A DNA stretch of 64,000 nt from a virus (taxonomy: Duplodnaviria > Heunggongvirae > Uroviricota > Caudoviricetes), in the IMG/VR virus record IMGVR_UViG_3300044295_000306; one strand, 5' to 3'. The notes under the pieces were generated by a model. The model saw only the letters and a program-made list of their open reading frames with translations. It had not been told where the DNA came from and searched no databases. Positions 15,332 through 24,937 of the stretch are shown piece by piece. The position numbers and the translations under genes are program-made. Within the stretch, counting starts at the first letter, position 1, and each line of letters opens with the position of its first letter.

Positions 15332-15592
15332 TTACACGATCCTACCAACCTCTTCGTAAATAAATTTTTCAATAAGACTATTAACCAATTCCTTATTACC
15401 TAATGCATACGCCTCATATAACTTATTAGCCATATCATTAGCAGATTCTCTTACTTTATAACCTCGCGCCTCAAGTTCTTCAATCAATTCATCATCTTCA
15501 AAATAATCTAAATTTATTTCAACTTCAGTATATTTCGTAGTCATCTTATACTCCTTTGCCGTATTTTTCCTTAAGACTTTGATATAATACAA
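15332..15592 (-). CDS. hypothetical protein
   Basis: 86-aa ORF. Confidence 0.35.
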   Translation of the reverse strand: MYYIKVLRKNTAKEYKMTTKYTEVEINLDYFEDDELIEELEARGYKVRESANDMANKLYEAYALGNKELVNSLIEKFIYEEVGRIV

Positions 15593-15653
15593 ACCTTCCT
15601 CTTAAATCCTTGCCAATCCGCCAAATCATCATAATAAGCAGACATACTATCAC

Positions 15654-15887
15654 TCATTTTTTACCCTTTCCAATCATAAATCTCTTCAAATAATCATTAG
15701 CCGCACCTAAATCAGTAATATCTTCCTTATAACCATCCTCAATACCATAATGCTCTGCAATATACCTCTCCAATACATTACAGAAAAACTCCAAAGTAAC
15801 CCTATCCACCCTCGAAGCAATCTCCATAACCCTATCCTTCGGCATCCTCAATAGCTGTTCCGCTATCGCCTTCTCAATCGGATCCAT
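15654..15887 (-). CDS. hypothetical protein
   Basis: 77-aa ORF. Confidence 0.35.
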   Translation of the reverse strand: MDPIEKAIAEQLLRMPKDRVMEIASRVDRVTLEFFCNVLERYIAEHYGIEDGYKEDITDLGAANDYLKRFMIGKGKK

Positions 15888-16461
15888 CTACCTCCTCCTT
15901 ACCATAAAGTAACATCATTACATCATATGCACAATCATGTACCGGATCATGTTTATATACCACCGACCTATCAAACCCTTCAATATCACAATACCCATCC
16001 GCACGATTATACATCAAGTCTACCGCAGTCCTTACATCACGCCACCTATTGTAATTAAATATAGTCTCCAAACCAATACTCTTCTGTAAATCATCAAATA
16101 CTATCTGATCCAAATTACCCCTAGCCCATACATAATAATTACCTTCCTTCCTCTCCTCCACCCATTCCTTAAACCTATAATACGCATCCTCAACCTTCAT
16201 ATCACCATCCTGAGGTATAAATGACTTCCTCTTAACCAAATCACATTGCTTATCCCACCAATCCACCGTTCCTCTATCAATATACCTATTCAATCTCTTC
16301 CTCTGATCTAATACATCCAACTTTATAAAAAAAGCAGATGAATATAACTCAGCATAATTATATACCTTACCACTCTCAAAGTATATACACGCCCATGATA
16401 ATATTACAGAATCCGATCTTGTACCTAATGTCTCAATATCAAAAATAAACATCTTAATCAC
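15874..16461 (-). CDS. DEDDh-family 3'-5' exonuclease (DexA-like)
   Basis: Exo I motif FIFDIETLG and Exo III motif HDCAYDVMML. Confidence 0.65.
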   Translation of the reverse strand: MIKMFIFDIETLGTRSDSVILSWACIYFESGKVYNYAELYSSAFFIKLDVLDQRKRLNRYIDRGTVDWWDKQCDLVKRKSFIPQDGDMKVEDAYYRFKEWVEERKEGNYYVWARGNLDQIVFDDLQKSIGLETIFNYNRWRDVRTAVDLMYNRADGYCDIEGFDRSVVYKHDPVHDCAYDVMMLLYGKEEVDGSD

Positions 16462-16953
16462 CTTCCAGACCTAGACCCAGACCTAGACCCAGTCCAAGAC
16501 AAAGACCTTGTCCTCTTTAATTGCTTCATCTTAATCACCTTCCAGACCAAGACCTAGACAAATACCTAGACCTAGACCAAGACCTAGACCAAGACCCAGA
16601 CCCAGACCCAGACCCAGACCCAGACCAAGACCTAGACCCAGACCCAGACCCAGACCCAGACCAAGACCTAGACAAAGACCTAGACCAAGACAAAAATCTT
16701 GTTCTCTTTAATTGCTTCATCTTAATCACCTTCCAGACCCAGACCTAGACCAAGACCAAGACCTAGACCAAGACCAATACCTAGACCCAGACCCAGACCT
16801 AGACCAAGACCCAGACCTAGACAAAGACCTAGACAAAGACCTAGACAAAGACCTAGCCAAAGACCTAGACCAAGACCTAGACCCAGACCAAGACCCAGAC
16901 AAAGACCTAGACAAAGACAAAGACAAAAATCTTGTTCTCTTTAATTGCTTCAT
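16462..16953 (-). repeat. tandem AGACC(N) hexanucleotide minisatellite in three higher-order units, each carrying a small SR/SG-repeat ORF
   Basis: units begin GGAAGGTGATTAAGATGAAGCAATTAAAGAG (SD + ATG, MKQLKRTR...) followed by (GGTCT)n-like runs; minus-strand ORFs of 23, 64 and 75 aa (16462-16537, 16535-16729, 16726-16953). Confidence 0.5.
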
Positions 16954-17243
16954 TACTTCAAAATACCAAACGATTCAATCGCCCCAATACTTACATACCA
17001 ATCATTGGGCAACTTCTGTGCATCCTGCCATCCCTTACTATCAAATGATCCAGTCTCATACACAATAGCCGCATCACTCAATAATACACACCTCTCATTC
17101 ACACCAACCAACTTGCCAGTATAAATGTAATTAGCACAAAACAATGTAACTCTCTCTCCCATCAACTTCTCCAAACCCTCACCACTAACTTCTTCAACTA
17201 GCTTTTTCATTTTTACTTCTCCTTTTAGCATGCCATGCGGCAA
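16953..17243 (-). CDS. hypothetical protein
   Basis: 96-aa ORF with AAGGAG SD upstream of internal MKKL start. Confidence 0.4.
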   Translation of the reverse strand: MPHGMLKGEVKMKKLVEEVSGEGLEKLMGERVTLFCANYIYTGKLVGVNERCVLLSDAAIVYETGSFDSKGWQDAQKLPNDWYVSIGAIESFGILK

Positions 17244-17262
17244 ATAAAATTACTACACATAA

Positions 17263-17291
17263 ATTCTAACATTATTAACATATTTTGTCAA
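17263..17291 (-). promoter_or_regulatory. sigma70-like promoter (TTGACA-17-TAGAAT)
   Basis: RC TTGACAAAATATGTTAATAATGTTAGAAT. Confidence 0.45.
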
Positions 17292-17306
17292 GAAATAACC
17301 ATACAA

Positions 17307-17373
17307 TTTTTTGGCCGGAAAATTTCCAAAAACCAAAATACCAGTTTTTTGGCCGGAAAAATTTCCAAAAACC
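17307..17373. repeat. two direct copies of a ~28-bp element TTTTTTGGCCGGAAAA(A)TTTCCAAAAACC with nested inverted repeats
   Basis: copies at 17307-17334 and 17345-17373. Confidence 0.5.
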
Positions 17374-17496
17374 GATATTCCTCAAAACTAGCCCCACGTG
17401 GAGCCCTCAACCCGGTTCCTATTTTGAATTTCCAAAATAAGAACTATACGGATTCTAAAAATTATTATCTAATTCATTTGTTATGCCTTTGTTTAA

Positions 17497-17538
17497 TCAG
17501 TATGGAAGTATTACATCGAATAATAGGAATTCAGTCAA
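17497..17538 (-). promoter_or_regulatory. conserved promoter/5'UTR module copy with no ORF immediately downstream
   Basis: TTGACT-17-TGTAAT then ACTTCCATACTGATTAAACAAAGG; followed only by ATG-AAT-TAG. Confidence 0.45.
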
Positions 17539-17544
17539 GCTGTA

Positions 17545-17865
17545 TTAAGGCTTCAAGGCTGTGGACAGGTTGGCTTTGTACAGGTCGGCTTCTGTCAGGT
17601 TGGCTTTGTACAGGTCGGCTTCTGTCAGGTAGGCGTCGGACAGGTCGGCTTTGAACAGGTAGGCTTCGGACATGTCGGCTTTGAACAGGTTGGCGTTGGA
17701 CAGGTTGGCGTTGGACAGGTTGGCTCCGGACAGGTTGGCTTTGAACAGGTTGGCGTAGGAAAGATTTACGTTCTCGGAAACAGCTTCCTCGACGGCTTGT
17801 TTGATCGTTTTAGCTGTTTTGGATTCAAACAGGACTTGATCGTTGATGGATTTAATTTGAATCAT
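17545..17865 (-). CDS. pentapeptide-repeat protein, family member 1
   Basis: N-terminus [29 protein letters not shown] then A(N/D)LSxA(N/D)LS repeats. Confidence 0.6.
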   Translation of the reverse strand: MIQIKSINDQVLFESKTAKTIKQAVEEAVSENVNLSYANLFKANLSGANLSNANLSNANLFKADMSEAYLFKADLSDAYLTEADLYKANLTEADLYKANLSTALKP

Positions 17866-17884
17866 CGCCGGCGCCTTTGTTTAT

Positions 17885-17926
17885 TCAGTATGGAAGTATT
17901 ATATCGAATAATCGGAATTTAGTCAA
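17885..17926 (-). promoter_or_regulatory. conserved promoter module (TTGACT-17-TATAAT + conserved 5'UTR)
   Basis: RC TTGACTAAATTCCGATTATTCGATATAATACTTCCATACTGAATAAACAAAGG...ATG. Confidence 0.55.
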
Positions 17927-17931
17927 ATTAT

Positions 17932-18363
17932 TTAAATATTCGGTATTTTATCAATCCATTCTGGTATTTCGGTCATACTGCCAAGCTTTGAGGCTACATA
18001 GCAGCGCATTACAGCCACGAGGACGGTAGGACCAAAGTTAAATCTATTAGGTTTGTTCAGGGATGCGACATATCGTTCCTTTGGGTTGGATCGATTTGTG
18101 TGCTCTATTGTAAGGCATTCAGGACTGGCCAGCATTCGATTGATGATTCGGCCGGCGGCTTCCCATTTCCGGCTGAATAGAAGGTCAGGTCCTGTAGTAT
18201 AAGAGCCGTCTAATTCGCCCTCTTCATTCAGATTAAGTCGAAAAAGGGAACCGCTCCATTTATCCACATATAATTGATTCTCTGGTATACCCTCACAACG
18301 GGCCACCAGCCAATCTAGTACACAACCTTCGGCTTGGGCCACTTCGATTTGTTTAGTATTCAT
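17932..18363 (-). CDS. DUF2591 (NinX-like) family phage protein
   Basis: N-terminal KQIEVAQAEGCVLDWLVARCEG pattern. Confidence 0.4.
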   Translation of the reverse strand: MNTKQIEVAQAEGCVLDWLVARCEGIPENQLYVDKWSGSLFRLNLNEEGELDGSYTTGPDLLFSRKWEAAGRIINRMLASPECLTIEHTNRSNPKERYVASLNKPNRFNFGPTVLVAVMRCYVASKLGSMTEIPEWIDKIPNI

Positions 18364-18393
18364 TATTGATCCTTCAGATCATGATCCTTCGGA

Positions 18394-19038
18394 TCATTGA
18401 ACAGTCCGAATTCGAATAATCTTGTTCATCTTACGACCATGGGCCACATAACCGATGACGGGGATATTTTTATCATAACATGCGCGACAATCCAAACACT
18501 TACCGCCTTGGCTCGGGGCGGTGCATACCTTTACACCTTCCGGAGTCGTCATACCCTCAGGAAGAATGGTCGATCCATGCAATCCTTTAGTGAAGGTACC
18601 GTCAATTTCATCGGAAGAGTATCGCACCATCACGTTCGGCAAAGCTTGCATCTGGCCCAGAATACCAGCAAACTTAGGGAATTTATACATACGGGTGGGC
18701 AGCCAGTGTTTGGTATTAGGAGTCTGAACCATAATCTGATACATTTTTTCGGCCAACTTGATTGAATACATATCCCCCGAATCGAACCAACGGAAATACT
18801 TTTCCTTGGCCAAAGCATTCACAAAATCCTTCACAAAGGATTCCCGTTTCCAGTCCTCCTTGTTATTGGCACGAACCTTTTTAACAGCCCCAAAATGATA
18901 CATTCCAGTGGTCGCATAGCAACCCGAACAGGCCGAAACAAGCTTACCATCCGATCCTACCGAACCCGGACAAGTTTCCAAAGCTTGAAGCGACCAGGAT
19001 TTAGTACCAAGCTTCAAGGTTTTCGAAAGATTCAGCAT
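18394..19038 (-). CDS. conserved Cys-rich phage protein (GP88-like)
   Basis: KSWSL..TCPGS..DGKLVSACSGCYATTGMY motif. Confidence 0.35.
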   Translation of the reverse strand: MLNLSKTLKLGTKSWSLQALETCPGSVGSDGKLVSACSGCYATTGMYHFGAVKKVRANNKEDWKRESFVKDFVNALAKEKYFRWFDSGDMYSIKLAEKMYQIMVQTPNTKHWLPTRMYKFPKFAGILGQMQALPNVMVRYSSDEIDGTFTKGLHGSTILPEGMTTPEGVKVCTAPSQGGKCLDCRACYDKNIPVIGYVAHGRKMNKIIRIRTVQ

Positions 19039-19055
19039 GACAGTACCTTGTTTAT

Positions 19056-19097
19056 TCAGTATGGAAGTATTATATCGAATAATCAGAATTTAGTCAA
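19056..19097 (-). promoter_or_regulatory. conserved promoter module
   Basis: TTGACT-17-TATAAT, identical 5'UTR block. Confidence 0.55.
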
Positions 19098-19771
19098 GCG
19101 ACTTTAATAAAACGATTACCAAGAAGAATTGATGCACCCGTCAGGTCGGCGCCGGACAGGTTGGCTTCGGACAGATTAGCCCCGGTCAGGTTGGCTTTGG
19201 TCAGGTTGGCTTCGAACAGATCGGCGCCGTACAGGTTGGCGTAGGACAGGTTGGCGTCGGACAGGTAGGCGTCGGACATGTCGGCTTTGAACAGGTTGGC
19301 GTTGGACAGGTTGGCGTTGGACAGGTTGGCTCCGGACAGGTTGGCTTTGAACAGGTTGGCGTTGGACAGGTTGGCGCCGGACAGGTAGGCGTCGGACAGG
19401 TTGGCGTCGCACAGGTTGGCGCCGGACAGGTTAGCGAAGGACAGGTCGGCGTCGGACAGGTTGGCTTTGGACAGGTTGGCGTTGGACAGGTTGGCGCCGG
19501 ACAGGTCGGCGTAGGACAGGTTGGCTTTGGACAGGTTGGCGTAGAACAGGTTGGCGCCGGACAGGTCGGCGAAGGACAGGTCGGCGTTGGACAGGTTGGC
19601 GTTGGACAGGTCGGCTTTGTACAGGTCGGCGTTGGACAGGTTGGCTTTGGACAGGTCGGCTTTGGACAGGTCGACCATCTTTGCAACAGCTTCCTCAACG
19701 GCTTCCTTGATCGTTTTAGCCGTTTCTGATTCAAACAGGACTTGATCGTTGATGGATTTAATTTGAATCAT
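19094..19771 (-). CDS. pentapeptide-repeat protein, family member 2
   Basis: [29 protein letters not shown] + ~35 ANLSx pentapeptides. Confidence 0.65.
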   Translation of the reverse strand: MIQIKSINDQVLFESETAKTIKEAVEEAVAKMVDLSKADLSKANLSNADLYKADLSNANLSNADLSFADLSGANLFYANLSKANLSYADLSGANLSNANLSKANLSDADLSFANLSGANLCDANLSDAYLSGANLSNANLFKANLSGANLSNANLSNANLFKADMSDAYLSDANLSYANLYGADLFEANLTKANLTGANLSEANLSGADLTGASILLGNRFIKVA

Positions 19772-19790
19772 CGGCGGCGCCTTTGTTTAA

Positions 19791-19832
19791 TCAGTATGGA
19801 AGTATTATATCGAATAATCAGAATTTAGTCAA
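19791..19832 (-). promoter_or_regulatory. conserved promoter module
   Basis: same module. Confidence 0.55.
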
Positions 19833-20450
19833 GAGCATTGAAGCGTTGGACAGGTCGGCTTTGGACAGGTCGGCTTTGGACAGGTCGGCTTTGGACAGGT
19901 TGGCTTTGTACAGGTAGGCGTTGGACAGGTTGGCTCCGGTCAGGTCGGCTTCGGACAGGTCGGCTTTGGACAGGTTGGCTTTGTACAGGTAGGCGTTGGA
20001 CAGGTTGGCTTCGGACAGGAACGCTCCGGTCAGGTCGGCTTCGGACAGGTCGGCTTTGGACAGGTTGGCGTCGGACAGGTCGGCTTCGGTCAGGTCGGCT
20101 TCGGACAGGTTGGCGTCGGATAGATCGGCTTTGGACAGGTTGGCGTCGGACAGGTCGGCTTCGGACAGGTCGGCTTCGGACAGGTTGGCGTCGGATAGAT
20201 CGGCTTTATACAGATTAACTTTGGACAGATCAGCCCCGGCCAGATTAGTCCCGGACAGATTAGCTTTGGATAGATTAGCTTTGTACAGATAAGCCCCGGC
20301 CAGATTAGCTTTAGAAAGATCAACCCTGGACAGATCAGCCCTGAACAGGTTTACCTTTAATTTAACGGCTTCCTCGACGGCTTTCTTGATCGTTTTAGCC
20401 GTTTCTGATTCAAACAGGACTTGATCGTTGATGGATTTAATTTGAATCAT
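19818..20450 (-). CDS. pentapeptide-repeat protein, family member 3
   Basis: conserved N-terminus + ADLSx repeats. Confidence 0.65.
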   Translation of the reverse strand: MIQIKSINDQVLFESETAKTIKKAVEEAVKLKVNLFRADLSRVDLSKANLAGAYLYKANLSKANLSGTNLAGADLSKVNLYKADLSDANLSEADLSEADLSDANLSKADLSDANLSEADLTEADLSDANLSKADLSEADLTGAFLSEANLSNAYLYKANLSKADLSEADLTGANLSNAYLYKANLSKADLSKADLSKADLSNASMLLTKF

Positions 20451-20468
20451 TTGTTATACTTTGTTTAA

Positions 20469-20510
20469 TCAGTATGGAAGTATTATATCGAATAATCAGA
20501 ATTTTGTCAA
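20469..20510 (-). promoter_or_regulatory. conserved promoter module
   Basis: TTGACA-17-TATAAT. Confidence 0.55.
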
Positions 20511-20553
20511 GCGGCTGGTTCACGCCGCCGAAGCGGCTTTAATCTAGGCTAGC

Positions 20554-20949
20554 CTACCGGTAGGCTTCGGACAGGTTGGCTTCGGACAGATCAGCGCCGG
20601 TCAGGTTAGCGCCGTACAGGTCGGCTCCGGTCAGGGTCGCTTTGTACAGGTTGGCTTTGGACAGGTTGGCGTAGGACAGGTTTGCTTTGGACAGGTTGGC
20701 GTAGGACAGATCGGCGTCGGTCAGGTCGGCGTAGGTCAGATCGGCGTTGGTCAGGTTGGCGTCGGACAGGTTGGCGTTGATCAGGTCGGCGTTGATCAGG
20801 TAGGCTTTGGACAGGTTAGCGCCGTACAGGTTGGCGTAGGACAGGCCGACCATCTTTGCAATAGCTTCCTCAACGGCTTCCTTGATCGTTTTAGCCGTTT
20901 CTAATTCAAACAGGACTTGATCGTTGATGGATTTAATTTGAATCATCTT
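20554..20949 (-). CDS. pentapeptide-repeat protein, family member 4 (start placed at conserved MIQIKS; track ORF extends to 21102)
   Basis: conserved N-terminus [29 protein letters not shown] + repeats; promoter module at 20967-21008. Confidence 0.55.
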   Translation of the reverse strand, partial: KMIQIKSINDQVLFELETAKTIKEAVEEAIAKMVGLSYANLYGANLSKAYLINADLINANLSDANLTNADLTYADLTDADLSYANLSKANLSYANLSKANLYKATLTGADLYGANLTGADLSEANLSEAYR

Positions 20950-21004
20950 CCAGCGCCTTTGTTTATTCAGTATGGAGATATTATAGTGAATATTCGGTAT
21001 TTTG

Positions 21005-21379
21005 TCAAGCGGCTGGAAGAACCCCAGGAAATTCGCCGGCGATATAGCCGTAAGAGATTCCCAGACAGTATTCCAAATAATTATTGTCGCCCTTGGTATC
21101 ATACGCTTGATGGAGCCATTCTATAGCCATTTCACGGCTTTTGGCTCCACAGGACATAAGCTGAAGGATTCGGCGCTCAAAATCATCTTCGGCCAGAATC
21201 TGACGGCTCTGCTCTTCATTCCAGGAAGCATCAGCGGCCTTCATTAGATCATTCCAAGTGGATTGTTTTTGATCGTCCGTGGCTGTGGACCAGAAGGTCC
21301 AGAAGTCGATAGACGGACGAATTCCATATGCATCTTTGTGGAGATCGGAGACCGTATCATTGCAATAGGTATAGATCAT
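21005..21379 (-). CDS. hypothetical protein
   Basis: 124-aa ORF, promoter module at 21409-21440. Confidence 0.4.
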   Translation of the reverse strand: MIYTYCNDTVSDLHKDAYGIRPSIDFWTFWSTATDDQKQSTWNDLMKAADASWNEEQSRQILAEDDFERRILQLMSCGAKSREMAIEWLHQAYDTKGDNNYLEYCLGISYGYIAGEFPGVLPAA

Positions 21380-21546
21380 TTGGATATATTCTTGTTTATT
21401 CAGTATGGAAGTATTATATCGAATATTCGGTATTTTGTCAAATGGTATATTATACAGAAAGAGGAGGGTTTAGCCCCCTGGCGGGTAGGGGTTAGGATTT
21501 TCAGGTGGATTAGGGACGAGTTCTAAAGGTGGCTAGTGTCATTTTA

Positions 21547-22380
21547 TCAACCGCAAATTGTATATTCAGCCAGGTTTTTCCAGTTGCTACCACCACCCTT
21601 ACGGATGATAGTAACCTGAATGAGAGTCCGTAGTGTTAATTCCTTTACTTTGTCTGCTAAGGATTCGATCAGGTCGATAGCATCTTGTTTATATTGTTGT
21701 TTATATTCTTGCATAAAATCATCTTGGGAGAGCAGGAATCGCATTCTATCGATTTTCTGTTGGCGCGTCATAGAAAGATCAACGGCCATGGAGCGGGAGA
21801 TGATGGCTTGATCCATTTGAATGGATGAAAGATTGGAAATGAAGATTACACGACCACGGAATTCAAAGCTAGTCGGCAAATCCTCATCGCGGATATCGGC
21901 TCTCCAGGAGATAATACGGCGACTGTAAGAATCCAGCGCGGCTTTAAGTAGATTAAGGGACACTGGATCCTTCAGAACGGAATCGCAATCATCGAAAACG
22001 ATGACGCCATTTTGATTCTCATACAAGGTCCTGTAGAGACCTTTAGGCGTAGAATAGCCTTTAACTACGATGAAGGACTTTTTTGTACTCAGGGAAGATC
22101 CGACTTCAAAGGATGCGAGGTCGGAATAATCTTGCATGCCACAGGATTGGAGGGCTTTTAAGACGTTAAAGGTTTTGCCGAGGCCGCCCGGGCCGGTGAT
22201 TACGACTGAGGATTGGTCGCCTTTACAGAGGAGTTGGACCATATCTTGGACAAAGCCGAATCGTTCATTGATGGTGAATCTGGAGGAGGGAACGGTTTCA
22301 AGCGCAGGCGTTTGGTTAGTAACGCGGTTCATGTAGTTTTTGGTTTTGCGAAAGCCGTTCTTGGGTACGCCGCGGGGCAT
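21547..22380 (-). CDS. P-loop ATPase (AAA-like)
   Basis: Walker A GPGGLGKT, Walker B IVFDDCDS. Confidence 0.55.
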   Translation of the reverse strand: MPRGVPKNGFRKTKNYMNRVTNQTPALETVPSSRFTINERFGFVQDMVQLLCKGDQSSVVITGPGGLGKTFNVLKALQSCGMQDYSDLASFEVGSSLSTKKSFIVVKGYSTPKGLYRTLYENQNGVIVFDDCDSVLKDPVSLNLLKAALDSYSRRIISWRADIRDEDLPTSFEFRGRVIFISNLSSIQMDQAIISRSMAVDLSMTRQQKIDRMRFLLSQDDFMQEYKQQYKQDAIDLIESLADKVKELTLRTLIQVTIIRKGGGSNWKNLAEYTICG

Positions 22381-22399
22381 GGATTACTCCGTTAATCAA

Positions 22400-22441
22400 T
22401 CAGTATGGAAGTATTATATCGAATAATCGGTATTTTGTCAA
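22400..22441 (-). promoter_or_regulatory. conserved promoter module
   Basis: TTGACA-17-TATAAT. Confidence 0.55.
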
Positions 22442-22653
22442 AGGTAGTTTACGGCGATATCATATGCAGGAAGTTTAATGCCGTAATTATCAAACAAGGA
22501 AACAATTTCCTTGAAATATTGATCTTGAAAAAGTTTGGCGGTTTTAATATCGTTCTTTTTAAACATTGCGTCGATCATTTCGCATGAGACCATGATTGAA
22601 TTGATACGGCTAGCCAGATCGCGTTGGACTTTTTTCGAGAGTTTGGCGGTCAT
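22438..22653 (-). CDS. hypothetical protein
   Basis: 71-aa ORF; module at 22674-22715. Confidence 0.35.
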   Translation of the reverse strand: MTAKLSKKVQRDLASRINSIMVSCEMIDAMFKKNDIKTAKLFQDQYFKEIVSLFDNYGIKLPAYDIAVNYL

Positions 22654-22952
22654 ATTTGGCTTTCCTTGTTTATTCAGTATGGAAGTATTATATCGAATAA
22701 TCGGAATTTAGTCAAGTGTTTGATTGGTGGGTGGTGCGGAGGAGGGAGATATTAGGTGCGATGAAGTCTAAATTGGAGAGGTCGATATTGGCTTGTTTGG
22801 CTTGGATGAGGGTTTCTTTACAGGATTTGGCGGTGGTGGATTGGAAGAGGACTTTATTGGTGGATGAAATGATTTGGAAGATCATTAGGAAGTCCTTTAT
22901 ATATTCAATATAGGGTCATTATATCGAATAATCGGTATTTTGTCAAATGATA

Positions 22953-23333
22953 TTACGGTATGTTAGTACCAGATAAATCAGCATCGGTTAGATCGGCACC
23001 CCAGAGATTTGCTTCTAACAGGTTTGCCTCTTTCAGGTCGGCTTGACACAAATTCGCAAAAGATAGACTGGAAAATGCTAGATTAGCGCGCCAAAGGGTA
23101 GCACCCTTAAGATATGCATATTTAAGATCGGCGCCTTTGAGATTGGCACCTTTCATGTATGCACAATAGAATAGACCATCTTGGAGATTAGCGCCAGCTA
23201 GATCAGCCCCGCCCAAATCGATTTCTGCCAAATTAATATTCAGTTTAACGGCTTCCTCGACGGCTTGTTTGATTGTTTTAGCTGTTTTAGATTCAAACAA
23301 TACTTGACCGGTAATGGATTTGATTTGGATCAT
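22953..23333 (-). CDS. pentapeptide-repeat protein, family member 5
   Basis: MIQIKSITGQVLFESKTAKTIKQAVEEAV + A(D/N)L(K/S)GA repeats; module at 23351-23392. Confidence 0.6.
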   Translation of the reverse strand: MIQIKSITGQVLFESKTAKTIKQAVEEAVKLNINLAEIDLGGADLAGANLQDGLFYCAYMKGANLKGADLKYAYLKGATLWRANLAFSSLSFANLCQADLKEANLLEANLWGADLTDADLSGTNIP

Positions 23334-23392
23334 TTGTTATACTTTCTTTATCAGTATGGAAGTATTATATCGAATAATAGGTATTTTGTCAA

Positions 23393-23641
23393 TCAATTTT
23401 CGTGAACAGTCCCGAGGTATTTGTTGAGGATCTGTGCATCTTCTTCGGGGCGGCTCTTGACTTTCAATGAAGTGCTTTCACCGTAGCAAACATAACGGTT
23501 ATCTTCAATGAAACAGAATCCAGCGCCAATTACTTTGCCACCAATCACTTGGGCCATTTCTGAATGATTGATATAATCGCTGAATACGATACCAACCGTT
23601 ACAGTTTGGTCCAAAATGACATACTTGCTACGATAAGACAT
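23393..23641 (-). CDS. hypothetical protein
   Basis: 82-aa ORF; variant module (TTGACG) at 23663-23704. Confidence 0.35.
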   Translation of the reverse strand: MSYRSKYVILDQTVTVGIVFSDYINHSEMAQVIGGKVIGAGFCFIEDNRYVCYGESTSLKVKSRPEEDAQILNKYLGTVHEN

Positions 23642-23870
23642 GACTTGTTCACGCTTCTGTTGTTCAGTATAAGAATATTATATTAGGATTAGGATTTTTC
23701 GTCAAGCGTTTTTTGAAGAATGATAAGCCTGGTATTGATGACAGAGAGTCCATATATAATGGTACTGTAGCCCAAAATCTTGTATAACGTAACATCCAAC
23801 GTCATCAAATAGCTTACCACAAGGGCAATGGCCAAGCCTTCAAGATTATCCACACTAAAGAATTTCATGA

Positions 23871-24251
23871 TTAACCTGCAACCTTTAAAAGGGCATCCAA
23901 TACTTCAAGCTGAGAACCACTCAGCATCGGGACTGGCCCGGGCGCTGCAGGAAGATCAAGATAAGAATACCGAGACCGGATATATACATACAGGTTATCC
24001 ACAATATCTTTACTTTCTTTGATCATAAAGCCGGTATTTTCACGAAGAATCTTAATGGCACTAACCTTATTACCATTCTTGATTTCGCTAACAACCCTGT
24101 AAAGATATTCTTCTGACTTTTTCGGTTTATTGGTCAGATTGATAAAAGTTTCTGGATCTTCTTTGGCCAGGCGAACAATCATCGCTCGAAAGTCCAGGTC
24201 GGAATTCATGAGCAGATCGATGGCTTGTTTATAATACATATCTTTGGTCAT
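23871..24251 (-). CDS. small protein with ribosomal bL12 (L7/L12) C-terminal-domain-like motif, paralog A
   Basis: KVSAIKILRENTGFMIKESKDIVDNL resembles bL12 CTD [23 protein letters not shown]; module at 24269-24311. Confidence 0.45.
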   Translation of the reverse strand: MTKDMYYKQAIDLLMNSDLDFRAMIVRLAKEDPETFINLTNKPKKSEEYLYRVVSEIKNGNKVSAIKILRENTGFMIKESKDIVDNLYVYIRSRYSYLDLPAAPGPVPMLSGSQLEVLDALLKVAG

Positions 24252-24317
24252 TTGAAAATCCTTGTTTATTCAGTATGGAAGTATTATATCGAATAATGGA
24301 TATTATGTCAAGCGGTA

Positions 24318-24509
24318 TTATTCGCCCCAATCATCCTTTTCGCCATCTTTTTCGCGGTATAAATCAAGGCGATATGAGCGAACTGGCGACAGAAAAACTA
24401 TTTTATTACAACAACTTACACGGACTTTGACAGTGCGATCATATGTATCGGTATTAATTAGAGCCACCTCAGGCACTTTTGCAATACGATTACAATTTGG
24501 GCATTTCAT
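24318..24509 (-). CDS. small zinc-ribbon protein
   Basis: CPNC...CC pairs; module at 24527-24569. Confidence 0.4.
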   Translation of the reverse strand: MKCPNCNRIAKVPEVALINTDTYDRTVKVRVSCCNKIVFLSPVRSYRLDLYREKDGEKDDWGE

Positions 24510-24574
24510 GTTTTATTATCCTGCTATTCAGTAGCAGTTAATTATAGTGAATAATAGGTATTTTGTCAACTAAT

Positions 24575-24886
24575 TTACATAGACCAATAGGTCTCGGATG
24601 ACGGATCGCAGCAAATAGGAGTATCCGTTGCAATTTGAATCTTTTTGCCTGACATTAAGTTGGTGACAGTCTTATAAGTTGGAAAGTATTCAAAAGAATA
24701 ACCATCCACAGACTTATAATGCCGTCTGAGCTTTCGGACTTCCCGTTTCATATCGGTTTTATCATGTTTATCATACTGAAATGAACAGATAAACCGTTTA
24801 CCGATCTTATTCGGACTGCCATACTTAGCCCCACGGGTAAGACGTTTATCTTTCTTATACAGTCGTAAGGTATAGGAATGTTTCAT
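24575..24886 (-). CDS. hypothetical basic protein
   Basis: 103-aa ORF; module at 24898-24940. Confidence 0.4.
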   Translation of the reverse strand: MKHSYTLRLYKKDKRLTRGAKYGSPNKIGKRFICSFQYDKHDKTDMKREVRKLRRHYKSVDGYSFEYFPTYKTVTNLMSGKKIQIATDTPICCDPSSETYWSM

Positions 24887-24937
24887 TGTTATTTCCTAAT
24901 CAATATGGAAACAGTATACCAAATAATAGGAATTTTG

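Noticed and set aside
16462-16953. Possible CRISPR array (regular short repeats)
   Set aside because: The unit is a 6-nt AGACCN microsatellite in three higher-order blocks. There are no 25-40-nt direct repeats separated by unique spacers.
16521-17068. Plus-strand PDPD/LDQD-rich ORFs (16521-16748, 16712-17068)
   Set aside because: They are the reverse frame of the hexamer repeat. The SD plus ATG signals are on the minus strand only.
19176-20323. Plus- and minus-strand alternative-frame ORFs inside pentapeptide-repeat genes (TCPTPTC-rich 19201-19734, RTGRLWTG-rich 19838-20218, 19996-20292, 20090-20323, 27248-27691, 27449-27646)
   Set aside because: They are low-complexity translations of the same DNA repeats in other frames. 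They lack the conserved N-terminus, promoter module and SD that mark the true minus-strand frame.
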